From positions 2,419,807 through 2,483,806 of the forward strand of contig JADKHR010000001.1 of assembly GCA_016721625.1 (NCBI GenBank): 64,000 nt of DNA, read 5' to 3'. The notes below the pieces were generated by a model that was given only the letters and a program-made list of their open reading frames with translations, was not told where the DNA came from and ran no database searches. The translations under genes and the position numbers were made by a program. Positions 46,663-57,027 of the stretch are shown one piece after another (within the stretch, counting starts at the first letter, position 1; each line of letters opens with the position of its first letter). This DNA is from Elusimicrobiota bacterium. Its GTDB lineage: Bacteria; Elusimicrobiota; Elusimicrobia; FEN-1173.

Positions 46663-48291
46663 GTGAAACTCAAAGTCCCGCCCCTGGTTTGGATTTTCCT
46701 CCTCCCCATCGTTCTGGGCGCGCCTTTCGTGGGGCGGGCCTATTTCGTCGACGACCACTATCACATGCTGATGGCCATCGGAACCTTGGATCATCCTCTC
46801 CGGCCCTACGATTTCAAAGCGGACGACGACGGGGTCGATCATGCGGGATGGGAACGCGGCCAGCCGCCCCGCATGGTCAACCCCCCCTTGCACCATTACC
46901 TTCTGGGCCTGTTCTGGAAGCTGGGCGGGGGGCGGCTGTGGGTGGTGCGGCTTCTCTGTCTTTTACTATCGGGGGGGGCCGCGGTCTTCATTTACCGGCT
47001 GGCGGCCCGGCTTAATTTCCCCCCCGTTCCGGTGACCGTTCTGTCTGTCCTCACCCCCGCCTTTTGGCTCACGTCCTATGCGCTCATGATCGATGCCACC
47101 CTCCTCTTCTTTTTCCTGGGGGCGCTTTGGGCCTGGGTGGAGGGTCTCCGTCGGCGTTCGACCGGATGGCTGATCGTGTCGGGGCTTGCCATGGGGCTCA
47201 CTCTCCTCACCAAATACACGGGCGCGATGCTTCTTCCGGTCGCCGCTCTTTATTGGTGGACCGATCGCGAGAGCGGCCGCCGTTGGACCCCTTGGCTGAC
47301 GTTCCTTTTGCCCCTGGCGATATTCGCCCTCTGGAGCGGGTGGAACGTGGCCACCTACGGCGCCGTCCATCTCACCGAATCGTCTAAAAGGGTGATGCAA
47401 ACCTTCACTTGGGGACACGTCTTGATTTTTCTCACGTTTTTGAGCGGGGTCTTTCTTCTCCCGCTGGTGGGTTGGGTGGAAGTGGGGAATAGGCGGAAAA
47501 CGCTTTTGGCTATTTTGGCCGCGCTCCTCCTGGCCTTTTTTCTGGAGGGGCCCCGCGGCGGGTTCAGTCGATTTGAGTCCTTGACCCTGGCCGCCCTGTC
47601 GGTGGGGGGAGCGCTCTTTCTTTGGGCCGTAATCAAGGTTTTGCGCGGGGTGCGGCATCCCTCCGATTTCTTCCTTTTCGGTTGGCTGGCGATCGGAACC
47701 GTTCAGATGGTCTACGTCATGCAATGGGTCGCCGCCCGCTATTACCTGACCCTTCTGGTCCCGGTCGTTTTCCTCAGCTATCGTCTCTGGCAGGAGCGGT
47801 TTTCCTTTTCCCCCGTTCGGTTGACCCGTCGGTGGGGCGGGGCCGCCGTGACGCTCTTTTTGTTCAGCCTGGGCCTCGGCGCGGGAGATTATTTTCAAGC
47901 GGAGACGAGCCGCCTCATCGCCCGGGACGCGACGCGGGACGGGTTGTTGTCGACGGGCCGGCGGGGATTTTTTCTTGGGGATTCCTTCACCTCCAGCTAT
48001 TTGAAAACGGTGGGGTGGCGACCGGCTTTCAAGGACACGCACATGGTTCCGGGAGACCTGGTCCTCCAACAAGAAGTGATTATGCCTCCTTGGTGGTACC
48101 GCGCCGAAACCCATCGCCGCCGGCCTTTGGCGGTCTATGAATATACGTCCCGCTGGCCGCTCCGGGTCATGGACAACAAAGGCTCCGCCGGGTTTTACGC
48201 GTCGGCCTGGGGCGCTCTGCCCTTCACGTTCACGCGGGGGCCGCTGGAACGGTATACCCTTTACGAGATCCTCCCGGAGACTCCCCGTTGA
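46663..48291 (+). CDS. GT39/ArnT-like polytopic membrane glycosyltransferase (paralog of 12249..13799)
   Basis: GTG start after TATAAT; YFVDDHYHM motif; >10 TM helices. Confidence 0.6.
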   Translation: MKLKVPPLVWIFLLPIVLGAPFVGRAYFVDDHYHMLMAIGTLDHPLRPYDFKADDDGVDHAGWERGQPPRMVNPPLHHYLLGLFWKLGGGRLWVVRLLCLLLSGGAAVFIYRLAARLNFPPVPVTVLSVLTPAFWLTSYALMIDATLLFFFLGALWAWVEGLRRRSTGWLIVSGLAMGLTLLTKYTGAMLLPVAALYWWTDRESGRRWTPWLTFLLPLAIFALWSGWNVATYGAVHLTESSKRVMQTFTWGHVLIFLTFLSGVFLLPLVGWVEVGNRRKTLLAILAALLLAFFLEGPRGGFSRFESLTLAALSVGGALFLWAVIKVLRGVRHPSDFFLFGWLAIGTVQMVYVMQWVAARYYLTLLVPVVFLSYRLWQERFSFSPVRLTRRWGGAAVTLFLFSLGLGAGDYFQAETSRLIARDATRDGLLSTGRRGFFLGDSFTSSYLKTVGWRPAFKDTHMVPGDLVLQQEVIMPPWWYRAETHRRRPLAVYEYTSRWPLRVMDNKGSAGFYASAWGALPFTFTRGPLERYTLYEILPETPR

Positions 48292-48314
48292 GCCCCTCCG
48301 TCGAATCTTGTATC

Positions 48315-49298
48315 ATGGGTTCTATGCCCGTCCTTTCGGCTGGTGATTTGACCATCCTGATCGCTGACGATGACCGTTACGCCCAGAAGGCTCTGGAAAC
48401 GTTGTTGAGCGTCGAGGGGTTTCGGGTGATCACCGCTCAGGACGGTCAGGAAGCGCTCGAGCGGATTCAGGAATCCGCCCCCGATCTTTGCATCATCGAT
48501 TTCGACATGCCCCGCTTGAACGGTCTTGAAACTTGCCGACGAATTAAGAACCAGCACGAAACCCGCCTCCTGCCCGTCATCATGGTGACCGGTCTTCTCC
48601 CCGAGAACGAGAAGGTTCGCGCCCTCGAAGCCGGGTGCGACGATTTTCTTCCCAAACCCTACGAGCAGGACGCGCTTTTGACACGGGTCCGGTCCTTGTT
48701 GAGAATCAAAACCTTGACCGATGAACTGGAGGACGCCGAAGCGATCCTGATGACTCTCGTCCGCACCATCGAGGCCAAGGACCGCTATACCCTGGGCCAC
48801 GCCGACCGGGTGGGCCGCTACGCCGTCATGCTGGGCCGGGCTTTGGGGTGCAACGCCTTTGAGTTGGAAACGCTCCGGAAGGGCGGCATGCTTCACGACA
48901 TCGGCAAGCTCGGAATCCCGGACGCGATTCTCCAAAAGGCCGGACCGCTGGACGACGCGGAATGGGAAATCATGCGCAAACACGCGGTGGTCGGCGGTGA
49001 GATCTGCCAGCGGTTGAAAAGTTTGGAAGGGATCCTTCCCATCATCCGCCACCACCACGAGTGTTTGGACGGGACCGGGTATCCCAGCGGGTTCAAGGCC
49101 GCTCAAATTCCCAAGTTGGTTCGCATCGTGAACGTGGTGGACATCTACGACGCCCTCACCTCGCGCCGGAGCTACAAAGAGGCCTATTCCATCGACAAAA
49201 CCTTCCAGACCTTGTGGGAAGAAGTGGAGCGTGGCTGGTGGGACGGAGACATCGTACAGGTTTGGGAAGAGATCGTGAGACGGGAGGGCGCGGGATAG
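48315..49298 (+). CDS. response regulator with HD-GYP phosphodiesterase domain
   Basis: REC (ILIADDD...DFDMP), HD (LGHADRV), GYP (LDGTGYP). Confidence 0.8.
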   Translation: MGSMPVLSAGDLTILIADDDRYAQKALETLLSVEGFRVITAQDGQEALERIQESAPDLCIIDFDMPRLNGLETCRRIKNQHETRLLPVIMVTGLLPENEKVRALEAGCDDFLPKPYEQDALLTRVRSLLRIKTLTDELEDAEAILMTLVRTIEAKDRYTLGHADRVGRYAVMLGRALGCNAFELETLRKGGMLHDIGKLGIPDAILQKAGPLDDAEWEIMRKHAVVGGEICQRLKSLEGILPIIRHHHECLDGTGYPSGFKAAQIPKLVRIVNVVDIYDALTSRRSYKEAYSIDKTFQTLWEEVERGWWDGDIVQVWEEIVRREGAG

Positions 49299-49314
49299 CC
49301 AATCTCCCGCCTCT

Positions 49315-50142
49315 GTGAACGCTCGACGCCGTACGGCGCTTCCCTTCGCGGTCGCGCTCTTCCACAACCCGCAAATTCCCGCCGCACGGAAAGCGAAGCA
49401 AATGCTTCGACGCTGGCTGTCCTCCCTGGGCGTTCGGGTTCTTGGATCGGGCCAGGTCTCGCGGGCGGGGGCGGTGGTTTCGTTGGGGGGGGACGGCACG
49501 CTGTTGGCGGCCGCTCGGCGCGCCGCTCCGCTGGGCGTTCCGGTGTTGGGGGTCAACCTCGGTCGGCTCGGTTTTCTCACCGCGACGGATGTGCATCGGG
49601 TGCGCCCCGTTCTGAAAAAACTTTTGGCCGGGCGTTTGACGATCACGAACCGGATGATGTTGGAGGTCGTTCCTCCCCGGGGCCCGGGCCGGGCCGTGGT
49701 CAACGATTGCGTGATTCAAGGGGCCGCTCCCGGCCGGGTGGTACGCCTTTCCGTGAGCGTGAACGAGGAGCCCCTCGGGACCTACGTCGGGGACGGGTTG
49801 ATCGTGGCCACGCCCACGGGGTCCACCGCTTATTCCTTGGCGGCCGGGGGACCGATCGCTTGCCCGGAAATGGATTTGATTTTGCTCACGCCGATTTGCC
49901 CGCACAGCCTGAGCCAGCGGCCTGTCTTGATTCCTCCGGAAAGCGTGGTGGAGGTGCGGCTGGAACCGCGCCATCCCGGGGAAAAAATAGTCGTTTCGCT
50001 GGACGGAAGGGAGCCCTTCACGCTGGGGCGCGGGGAACGGGTTCTGGTCCGCCGCCATCGGGAGAGGCTTCAGATTCTTTCCGAGCGGGACCACGCCTTT
50101 TTCGGGGTCTTGCGGGAAAAATTTTTGTGGGGAGAGCGCTGA
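49315..50142 (+). CDS. nadK: NAD+ kinase
   Basis: GGDGT motif, NE/D short motif, TPTGSTAYS. Confidence 0.8.
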   Translation: MNARRRTALPFAVALFHNPQIPAARKAKQMLRRWLSSLGVRVLGSGQVSRAGAVVSLGGDGTLLAAARRAAPLGVPVLGVNLGRLGFLTATDVHRVRPVLKKLLAGRLTITNRMMLEVVPPRGPGRAVVNDCVIQGAAPGRVVRLSVSVNEEPLGTYVGDGLIVATPTGSTAYSLAAGGPIACPEMDLILLTPICPHSLSQRPVLIPPESVVEVRLEPRHPGEKIVVSLDGREPFTLGRGERVLVRRHRERLQILSERDHAFFGVLREKFLWGER

Positions 50143-51827
50143 TGCTCGTGGAAGTGGCCGTAAAAAATTTCGCACTGTTGGAAGATCTCCGGCTCGAGCT
50201 CGGACCAGGGCTGGTGGCTCTCACGGGCGAGACGGGCGCGGGCAAAAGCCTTCTCTTGGACGCCCTGGGCCTGGCTCTGGGGCGGCGGGCGGAGACGGCC
50301 CAAATTCGCCGGGGGGCGGAGCGGCTGTCGGTTTCCGCGCGCTTTCAGGGTCTCGGGCGGCGGCTAAAAACGCTTTTAAAAGAAATCGGTCTGGGCGAAG
50401 AGAAGGACGAGGAATTGGTTCTTCGCCGCGAAGTCGACGCCGCGGGGAAGTCCCGGGCCTTCGCCAACGACCATCCGGTCAATTTGGCGACCTTGGGTCG
50501 GCTTGGCGAACTTCTGGTTTCGGCCCACGGCCAAAGCGATCAGCAATTGCTTTTGAAACCCGCGGAACAGCGGGATCTCCTGGACTCTTTTGGGGGCCTG
50601 GAAGAGGTTCGCCGGTCGGTGGAACGGTCCCACGCCGGTTGGCGGGAGTGCGCGGCCGAACGGGACGCCCTGACGCTTTCCGAGCAGGAGCGGGCCCAAC
50701 GATTGGACCTATATCGCTTTCAGAAGCGAGAGTTGGAGGCCGCCAACGTTCGCCCGGAAGAGGAGGCGGAGTTGGAAACGCTCCTCCCCCAGCTGAAGAA
50801 CGCCGACCGGCTCAAATCTTTGGCCCAGGAGGCCCACGGCTTTCTTCACGCGCAAGAGTCCTCGGCCACGGACCTTGCGCGGCGCGTGCAACGGGAGGTG
50901 GAATCTTTGAAAGCCCTCGGGGCGCCTCTCGCCGAGGTATCGGACCTGCTGGACACCGCCGTGGTTAACATGGAGGAGGCGGCCCAACAGTTGGAAGGTT
51001 TTTTCGTCGGGATCGACGCGGATCCCGCCCGGTTGGAAGAGGTCCTTTCGAGGTTAGATTTGTTGGGGAAACTGAAACGAAAATACGGGCCGACACTGGC
51101 GGACGTCGCCGCCTACCGGGCCCGGGTGTCCGAGGAGTTGGATCGGTTGGACCATCTGGAAGGAAAAAGCGCGGACATCGCCCGTCGATTGGCGGAGGCG
51201 GAGGCGGAACTGGCGCGGCAGTCGGCCGTCCTGTCGGAAGGTCGTCGGAAAGCGGCGAAAAGATTGACGACGGCCGTGCAGAAGGATTTCAAGGAGGTCG
51301 GGCTTCCCCACGCGGCGTTCGTCGTGGACGTTCAGAGCGAGGAGGGCCGGTTCACCTCCACCGGGGCGGACCAGGTTCAGTTTTTTTTCGCCGCCAACCC
51401 GGGGGAAGGGCAAGCGCCGCTGGCCGAGACGGCGAGCGGCGGAGAACTGTCCCGGGTTATGCTCGCCATTGAAAGCGTGTTCGCCCGGGCGGACAACGTT
51501 CCCGTGCTCATTTTTGATGAGATCGACGCGGGCGTCGGGGGAAGTTTGGGGGGCGTGCTGGGGAAGAAATTAGCCGCTTTGGGCCGGGGGCGCCAGGTGC
51601 TTTGCGTCACCCATTTGGCCACGATCGCCGCCTGCGCGGACGCCCATTGGACCGTGGAAAAAGAAATCAAGGGCGACCGAACCCGCGCAAATCTGCGCCG
51701 GCTTACCGAAGCGGAACGGCCGGCCGAGATCGCCCGGCTCTTCGGCTCCGCTCCCGGGGCGGACACGAGCCTCGGTCTTCGGCACGCCAAAGACCTCCTG
51801 GCCACGTCCAGGTACGAATCGATTTGA
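50142..51827 (+). CDS. recN: DNA repair protein RecN
   Basis: ATG overlaps nadK stop; Walker A GETGAGKS, SMC-like coiled coil, signature SGGE. Confidence 0.9.
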   Translation: MLVEVAVKNFALLEDLRLELGPGLVALTGETGAGKSLLLDALGLALGRRAETAQIRRGAERLSVSARFQGLGRRLKTLLKEIGLGEEKDEELVLRREVDAAGKSRAFANDHPVNLATLGRLGELLVSAHGQSDQQLLLKPAEQRDLLDSFGGLEEVRRSVERSHAGWRECAAERDALTLSEQERAQRLDLYRFQKRELEAANVRPEEEAELETLLPQLKNADRLKSLAQEAHGFLHAQESSATDLARRVQREVESLKALGAPLAEVSDLLDTAVVNMEEAAQQLEGFFVGIDADPARLEEVLSRLDLLGKLKRKYGPTLADVAAYRARVSEELDRLDHLEGKSADIARRLAEAEAELARQSAVLSEGRRKAAKRLTTAVQKDFKEVGLPHAAFVVDVQSEEGRFTSTGADQVQFFFAANPGEGQAPLAETASGGELSRVMLAIESVFARADNVPVLIFDEIDAGVGGSLGGVLGKKLAALGRGRQVLCVTHLATIAACADAHWTVEKEIKGDRTRANLRRLTEAERPAEIARLFGSAPGADTSLGLRHAKDLLATSRYESI

Positions 51828-51837
51828 CGGAGGATGT

Positions 51838-54800
51838 ATGGATAAACGATTTCTGAAAGAAGATGGCATGGCGCCCTTCACGGGCAACGAATTGATTTTG
51901 AAAGGCGCCCTGGAGGGCGGGGCCGCGCTCATCACCGGTTACCCGGGGTCTCCCGTATCCGAGGTTTTTGACGCGGTCACGCGGGTCTCGGACCTTCTGG
52001 TGGAGAAGGGCATCGTGGCCCAGATGGCCAACAACGAGGGGCTGGCGGCCGCTCGGTTGAACGGGGCCCGCCTGGCCGATTTGCGCGGGGTGGCCATCAT
52101 GAAATCCGTCGGCATGCACGTGGCCGCCGACGCGCTGGCCATCGGCAATCTCTCCGAGCCGCAAAAACCGGGCGGCGGAGCGGTCGTCATCGTGGGCGAC
52201 GATCCCTGGAACGAAACCACCCAGATCAATTCCGATTCGCGGTTTTTGAGCCTGCACCTTCACATGCCGGTGATGGAACCCGCCACTTTCCAAGAATTGA
52301 AGGACTGGATCAAGGACGCTTTTGAATTGTCGGGCGCGGCGGACCTCTACTTGACCTACGTGGTTACCACCAACCAGGCGGACGGCGGCGGATCGGTTCG
52401 GTGCCGTCCCAACCTGTACCCCGCGCTGAACCACCATCAACGGACGACCCTCTCCTCCGCGCAAATGCCGGTGGAGCGGATGGTCATGATTCCGCCCCAC
52501 ACGTCGCTCCGGGAAGCGACCCTGCCCGCGCGTTTCGACCGTTTTTTGAAGGGCGTGAGGGACCGGGGGCTGAACCGAGTCGAGGGGCCCGCCGGCCGCG
52601 CCCCGTTGGGGTTCACGGCCTCGGGACTGTCTTACTGTTATCTGGTCCAAGCCCTTCGGGACCTGGGGTTGGAAGGTCGGTTCCCGGTTCTGAAATGGGG
52701 TGTCACCTATCCGTTGGACGAACCCCTCCTCACCGCGTTCGCCGCGCGGGTCGATCATCTCCTCGTCGTGGAGGAAAAGCGCGAATTTTTGGAGACGCAG
52801 ATCATTCGCGCCCTCCAACGCGCCCACCAGGAGGGCCGCCTCGCTCGCTCCCCGGCCATCTGGGGCAAGAAATTTCCAGACGACAAGGACGGTCTGCCTT
52901 CTTTCCGAGGTCTGAACTCCTCCATGCTCGTGGAAAGGTTGGCTCCCGTCATCGAGACCCTGGCGCCGGAGGTTTATGGACCTTCCCGGAAAATCAGCGC
53001 GGGGGCCGTGGACCGGGTGCGGGCCGCCGGGGAGCGAAAGATCTCCATCCCCGTCCGCACGCCCACCTTTTGCCCCGGTTGTCCCCACCGGGATTCCTCC
53101 ACCGTCACCAAGGCCTTGAAGAAGGATTTTCTGGACCCCGCCTTTATGCGGTCCCGTCACAAAAGCGAACCCATGGACGTTATTTTCCACGGGGAGTCGG
53201 GTTGCCATTCCATGCTTCAGTTCGAGCCCAACATCGGGCTCATGCAAGATTATTCCGGCATGGGATTGGGCGGCGGGACGGGCTCCGGCATCGCGCCGTT
53301 CATCAAAAACAAGCAGGTGGTGTTCCTGGGCGACTCCACTTTTTTCCATTCGGGCATGGTCGCGGTGTCGGACTCGATCAAGAACCATCAAGACATCACC
53401 TACATCATCCTCGAGAATAAAACCACGGCCATGACGGGCCATCAGCCCACCCCCGGAACGGGCGAGGACGTCATGGACCAAAAGACCTTCGCCCAGGACA
53501 TCGAACAGCTGGTCCGAGGCATGGCGCGGGACGCCGTTCCCCTCTATCGCGTCAATCCGGCCTACCGGGAATCCTACCGGGCTCTGCTGGAAGAGGTGAT
53601 CTTAAAAGACGGCGTCAAGGTGGTCATCGCCGATAAGGAATGCGGCATCACCTACCAACGTCGCGTCCGTCGCGAGAAAAAACGGGTGCTCCGCGAGCAG
53701 GGGTATCTCCCGGAGGAACGTTTCATCAACATCACGCCGGAGGTTTGCGAATTTTGCTTGGAATGCACCAACGCCACCGGTTGTCCCGGGCTGGCGATCG
53801 AAGAGACCTTGCATGGGCCTAAAATCATCACGGACAAATCCCTCTGCGTGGCCGACGGCGCTTGCGTGAAAGGCAAAGTGTGTCCGTCCTTTGAGGAAGT
53901 GATCGTGCGGCGGGAGCGCCCCGCCGGGGCCCTCCCGGGCGAATCGGCGACTCCGCTTCCGTCCCGACCGTCTCACCGGGTGGAAGACACGTGGTTCTGC
54001 TATACCGCCGGCGTGGGCGGCATGGGGTCCGGGGTGACCACGGGAATTTTGGTTCAGGCCGGGCTGATGGAGGGCTACCACGTCCTTTTCGCCGACAAAA
54101 AGGGGCTCGCCATCCGGAACGGCGGCGTTTACGGCCACGTGATCTATTCGAAGACCGAAAAAACATTCGCCCCGCTTGTTCCTTACGGGCGGGCCGACCT
54201 CTTGATCGGGATCGATATGTTGGAGGCGGTGCGGGGGCTGGACCCCAAGGTCAATCTGCGGGTCGCTTCGCCGGATCGGACCGCCGCCGTGGTCAACACC
54301 CACAAGATGCCCACGGTTAAAACGCTTCTCGGGAAAGACGATTTCTCCGTTCTGGGTCTGGAGACGTTCCTGAAGGCCGCGACCCGGGACTATCTGGGTC
54401 TGGATTTTTCCGCCATTTCGGAAACGTATTTCGGGAACCGTCTCTACGCCAACGTGCTTCTCTTGGGGGCCGCCCATGAACGGGGCCACCTCCCCGTGTC
54501 GGTGGAAAATCTGCGGAAGGCGATCGGTGTGATGGTCCCCTCCCAAGACCGGGACGAGAACCTGCGCGCTTTTGAGCTGGGCCGCCAAGCCGCCGCCCGG
54601 CCCGAGATGTTCGAGAGCTTTGCGCCCCATCTGCCAGGGTTCGCGGAGGTCCTGGAGGACCGCGCCGGTCTTCTCCAAAGGGCCCATCCCATCGTGGGTT
54701 CCCGTTGGTCCCGCGACTACCGTCGCCTGATGGAGGAGGCCCTGCGTTGGATGGATCTGCCGGAGGCCGCACGGGCGCGGCTGGCGCAATATGTGTACGA

Positions 54801-55413
54801 CCTCATTCAGTGGGGGGGGCCGGCCTACGCGAGCCGTTACGTGACCCGCCTGTGGGGCGTCTACCGCAAAGATCAAAAGGAACGCGGGTGGCAGGCCACT
54901 CTTGCGGTGTTGGACAACCTCCATCGGGTCATGGCCATCAAAGACGAAGTGTATGTCGCCCATTTGTTGACCGGCGAGGAAAAACACCGGCGGGACCGGG
55001 CCCGCTACAACGTGAATGAAGAACGCGGCGACCGACTGGAATACGTTCACTTGAACCGGCCCAACTTCACGGTGATGGGCCGGAACATCCAGTTCGATTG
55101 GCGCTCTCGTCAATGGCAACTTCGCCTCATGAAACACCTGCGTTTCCTCCGACGGTTGATGCCGGGGTGGCACGCGGCGGAACGTTCGTTTCTCACCTGG
55201 TACGAGTTCCTGGTGGATGAATTCAATCTTTTTGCCGACGATGAAACGTACCGTCTCTACACGGAACTGTTGTGTTTGCCCGCGGAGGTCCGTGGTTACC
55301 GGGAAATCCGCGCTCCCAAAATGGACGCCGCCCGCCAGCGCGCCCAGGCCCTTCTCGCGCGAATCCGAGAAAGGAACGCCTCCCTCTCCCCGCTGGCGGT
55401 TCCCCGGCCGTAG
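51838..55413 (+). CDS. indolepyruvate:ferredoxin oxidoreductase, fused alpha/beta subunits
   Basis: 1191 aa; TPP-binding region, ferredoxin-type Cys motifs CEFCLECTNATGCPG and CVADGACVKGKVCP. Confidence 0.8.
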   Translation: MDKRFLKEDGMAPFTGNELILKGALEGGAALITGYPGSPVSEVFDAVTRVSDLLVEKGIVAQMANNEGLAAARLNGARLADLRGVAIMKSVGMHVAADALAIGNLSEPQKPGGGAVVIVGDDPWNETTQINSDSRFLSLHLHMPVMEPATFQELKDWIKDAFELSGAADLYLTYVVTTNQADGGGSVRCRPNLYPALNHHQRTTLSSAQMPVERMVMIPPHTSLREATLPARFDRFLKGVRDRGLNRVEGPAGRAPLGFTASGLSYCYLVQALRDLGLEGRFPVLKWGVTYPLDEPLLTAFAARVDHLLVVEEKREFLETQIIRALQRAHQEGRLARSPAIWGKKFPDDKDGLPSFRGLNSSMLVERLAPVIETLAPEVYGPSRKISAGAVDRVRAAGERKISIPVRTPTFCPGCPHRDSSTVTKALKKDFLDPAFMRSRHKSEPMDVIFHGESGCHSMLQFEPNIGLMQDYSGMGLGGGTGSGIAPFIKNKQVVFLGDSTFFHSGMVAVSDSIKNHQDITYIILENKTTAMTGHQPTPGTGEDVMDQKTFAQDIEQLVRGMARDAVPLYRVNPAYRESYRALLEEVILKDGVKVVIADKECGITYQRRVRREKKRVLREQGYLPEERFINITPEVCEFCLECTNATGCPGLAIEETLHGPKIITDKSLCVADGACVKGKVCPSFEEVIVRRERPAGALPGESATPLPSRPSHRVEDTWFCYTAGVGGMGSGVTTGILVQAGLMEGYHVLFADKKGLAIRNGGVYGHVIYSKTEKTFAPLVPYGRADLLIGIDMLEAVRGLDPKVNLRVASPDRTAAVVNTHKMPTVKTLLGKDDFSVLGLETFLKAATRDYLGLDFSAISETYFGNRLYANVLLLGAAHERGHLPVSVENLRKAIGVMVPSQDRDENLRAFELGRQAAARPEMFESFAPHLPGFAEVLEDRAGLLQRAHPIVGSRWSRDYRRLMEEALRWMDLPEAARARLAQYVYDLIQWGGPAYASRYVTRLWGVYRKDQKERGWQATLAVLDNLHRVMAIKDEVYVAHLLTGEEKHRRDRARYNVNEERGDRLEYVHLNRPNFTVMGRNIQFDWRSRQWQLRLMKHLRFLRRLMPGWHAAERSFLTWYEFLVDEFNLFADDETYRLYTELLCLPAEVRGYREIRAPKMDAARQRAQALLARIRERNASLSPLAVPRP

Positions 55414-55472
55414 TCCTTCGCCGGTTCCTCTTTGGCCTTTTAAACAATACCGCCTCCACCTGCCGAGGTCCC

Positions 55473-56411
55473 ATGCACATTCCAGACGGTTTTATTGACG
55501 CGAAAACCATCGTTCTCACTTCGGTTCTGGCGGTGGCTGGAGTGGAGGGGCCCTGGTTCGCCTCCAACGGAACCTTCCCCAACGAAAATGCCCCTCCTGG
55601 GTCTTTCGGCGGCGTTCCTCTTCGCCGCCCAGATGCTTAATTCTTCGTGGCGGGAGGGACGTCGGGCCATTTGATCGGGGGGGCCTTGGCGGCGGTGTTG
55701 CTGGGGCCGAGCGCGGCCGTGATCGTCTTGTGTTCGGTGTTGGTCCTCCAATGTTTCCTTTTTGCGGACGGGGGAATCACGGCCCTGGGGGCCAACCTAT
55801 TTAACATGGCGATTGTTTCCGTCGTCATGGCCGGGGTCGTTTACCGTCTCGTGGGGCGGGCGTTCCGAGGGACTTTTCGGGGGCGACTGGCCGCCACGGC
55901 CTTTGCGGCCTGGGTGTCCACCGTGGCCGCTTCCGTGGCGTGCGCGGGTGAACTGGCTTTTTCAAAAACGGTTCCCTGGCGGGTTGTTTTTCCGGCCATG
56001 GTCGGCGTCCACACGCTCATCGGCCTAGGGGAAGCCTTGATCACGACGTTGATCGTGGCGGCGGTGGTGCGGCTCCGGCCGGAACTGTGGACGGATGTCC
56101 CGGAATCGTCCTCGTGGGCCGCCGCCACGGACCTGGTCGTCGGTGGCCTGTTGACAGCCCTGGGGCTGGCGATTTTCGTGGCCCCCTTTGCCTGTGGTTG
56201 GCCGGACGGGCTTGAGAAAGTCGCTGATGCCTTTGGTTTTGACCGGGCCGCCGTCTCGGGGTGGATCCCGGCGCCCTGGCCGGACTACACGGTTCCGGGT
56301 GTTCCATCGGTTGTTTTATCCACCGCCTTCGCCGGTGTTCTGGGAACCCTGGCGGCTTTCGGGTTGGCCTATGGACTGGCGCGTTTCTTGACGCCGTTGG
56401 AGAAAAAATAA
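55473..56411 (+). CDS. cbiM: ECF transporter S component CbiM fused to PDGLE domain; N-terminal region spread over three frames by three 1-nt losses in G4, A4 and TT runs (~55547, ~55585, ~55641)
   Basis: MHIPDGF start; frame-hopping recovers [45 protein letters not shown]; C-terminal CGWPDGLEKV. Confidence 0.7.
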
Positions 56412-56412
56412 A

Positions 56413-57027
56413 ATGCCGCTCCGCCCCTGTGATTCTCGTGGAGGGGCGGAGACTTTTCTCCATCGCTCTCCGGCCGCCGTCCCGTTGTCAGGCACGGTGG
56501 TTTTCGTGATTTTGACGGCGCTTCTGCCGAACCAGGCTTGGCCTTTCTTCCTGGGGGCGGGGGGGTTTTTGGTCGCTGTGGCGGCCTTGGCCCGGCTTCC
56601 TTTTGTTCCGCTCCTCAAACGGGTTCTCTGGTTGGAACCCTTCGCATTGAGCATCGCCTTCCTCTTGCTCTTTCAGCCGGGCGGCCTGGGCCTTTTTTTC
56701 GGCCGAATGGCCAAAAGCACGCTCTGTTTGGGCGCGGTGGTCCTGTTCTCCCAGATCACCTCCTTTACGGAAGTGTTAAAGGTCTTTCGCCGTTTTAGGG
56801 CGATGGGCCTGCTCGTCACCACCATCGCGCTCGCGCACCGGTATACGTTTGTGTTGACCGAAGAGATGACCCGTCTCCGGCGGGCTCGGCGCTGTCGAAC
56901 GTTCGCCCGCTCCCGCCGGTCGGCCTGGGCGGGACTTTCGGGCGTGGCGGCCCACCTGTTTATTCGGTCGTCGGAACGGGCCGAGCGCGTTTATGGAGCC
57001 ATGCGGGCCCGGGGGTGGAAAACGTGA
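56413..57027 (+). CDS. cbiQ: ECF transporter T component CbiQ
   Basis: multi-TM, position between cbiM and cbiO. Confidence 0.6.
   Translation: MPLRPCDSRGGAETFLHRSPAAVPLSGTVVFVILTALLPNQAWPFFLGAGGFLVAVAALARLPFVPLLKRVLWLEPFALSIAFLLLFQPGGLGLFFGRMAKSTLCLGAVVLFSQITSFTEVLKVFRRFRAMGLLVTTIALAHRYTFVLTEEMTRLRRARRCRTFARSRRSAWAGLSGVAAHLFIRSSERAERVYGAMRARGWKT

Noticed and set aside
46046-46666. ORFs 46046..46624 (-) and 46067..46666 (+)
   Set aside because: They overlap RNase P RNA (conserved P4 and other motifs read directly). They are non-coding.
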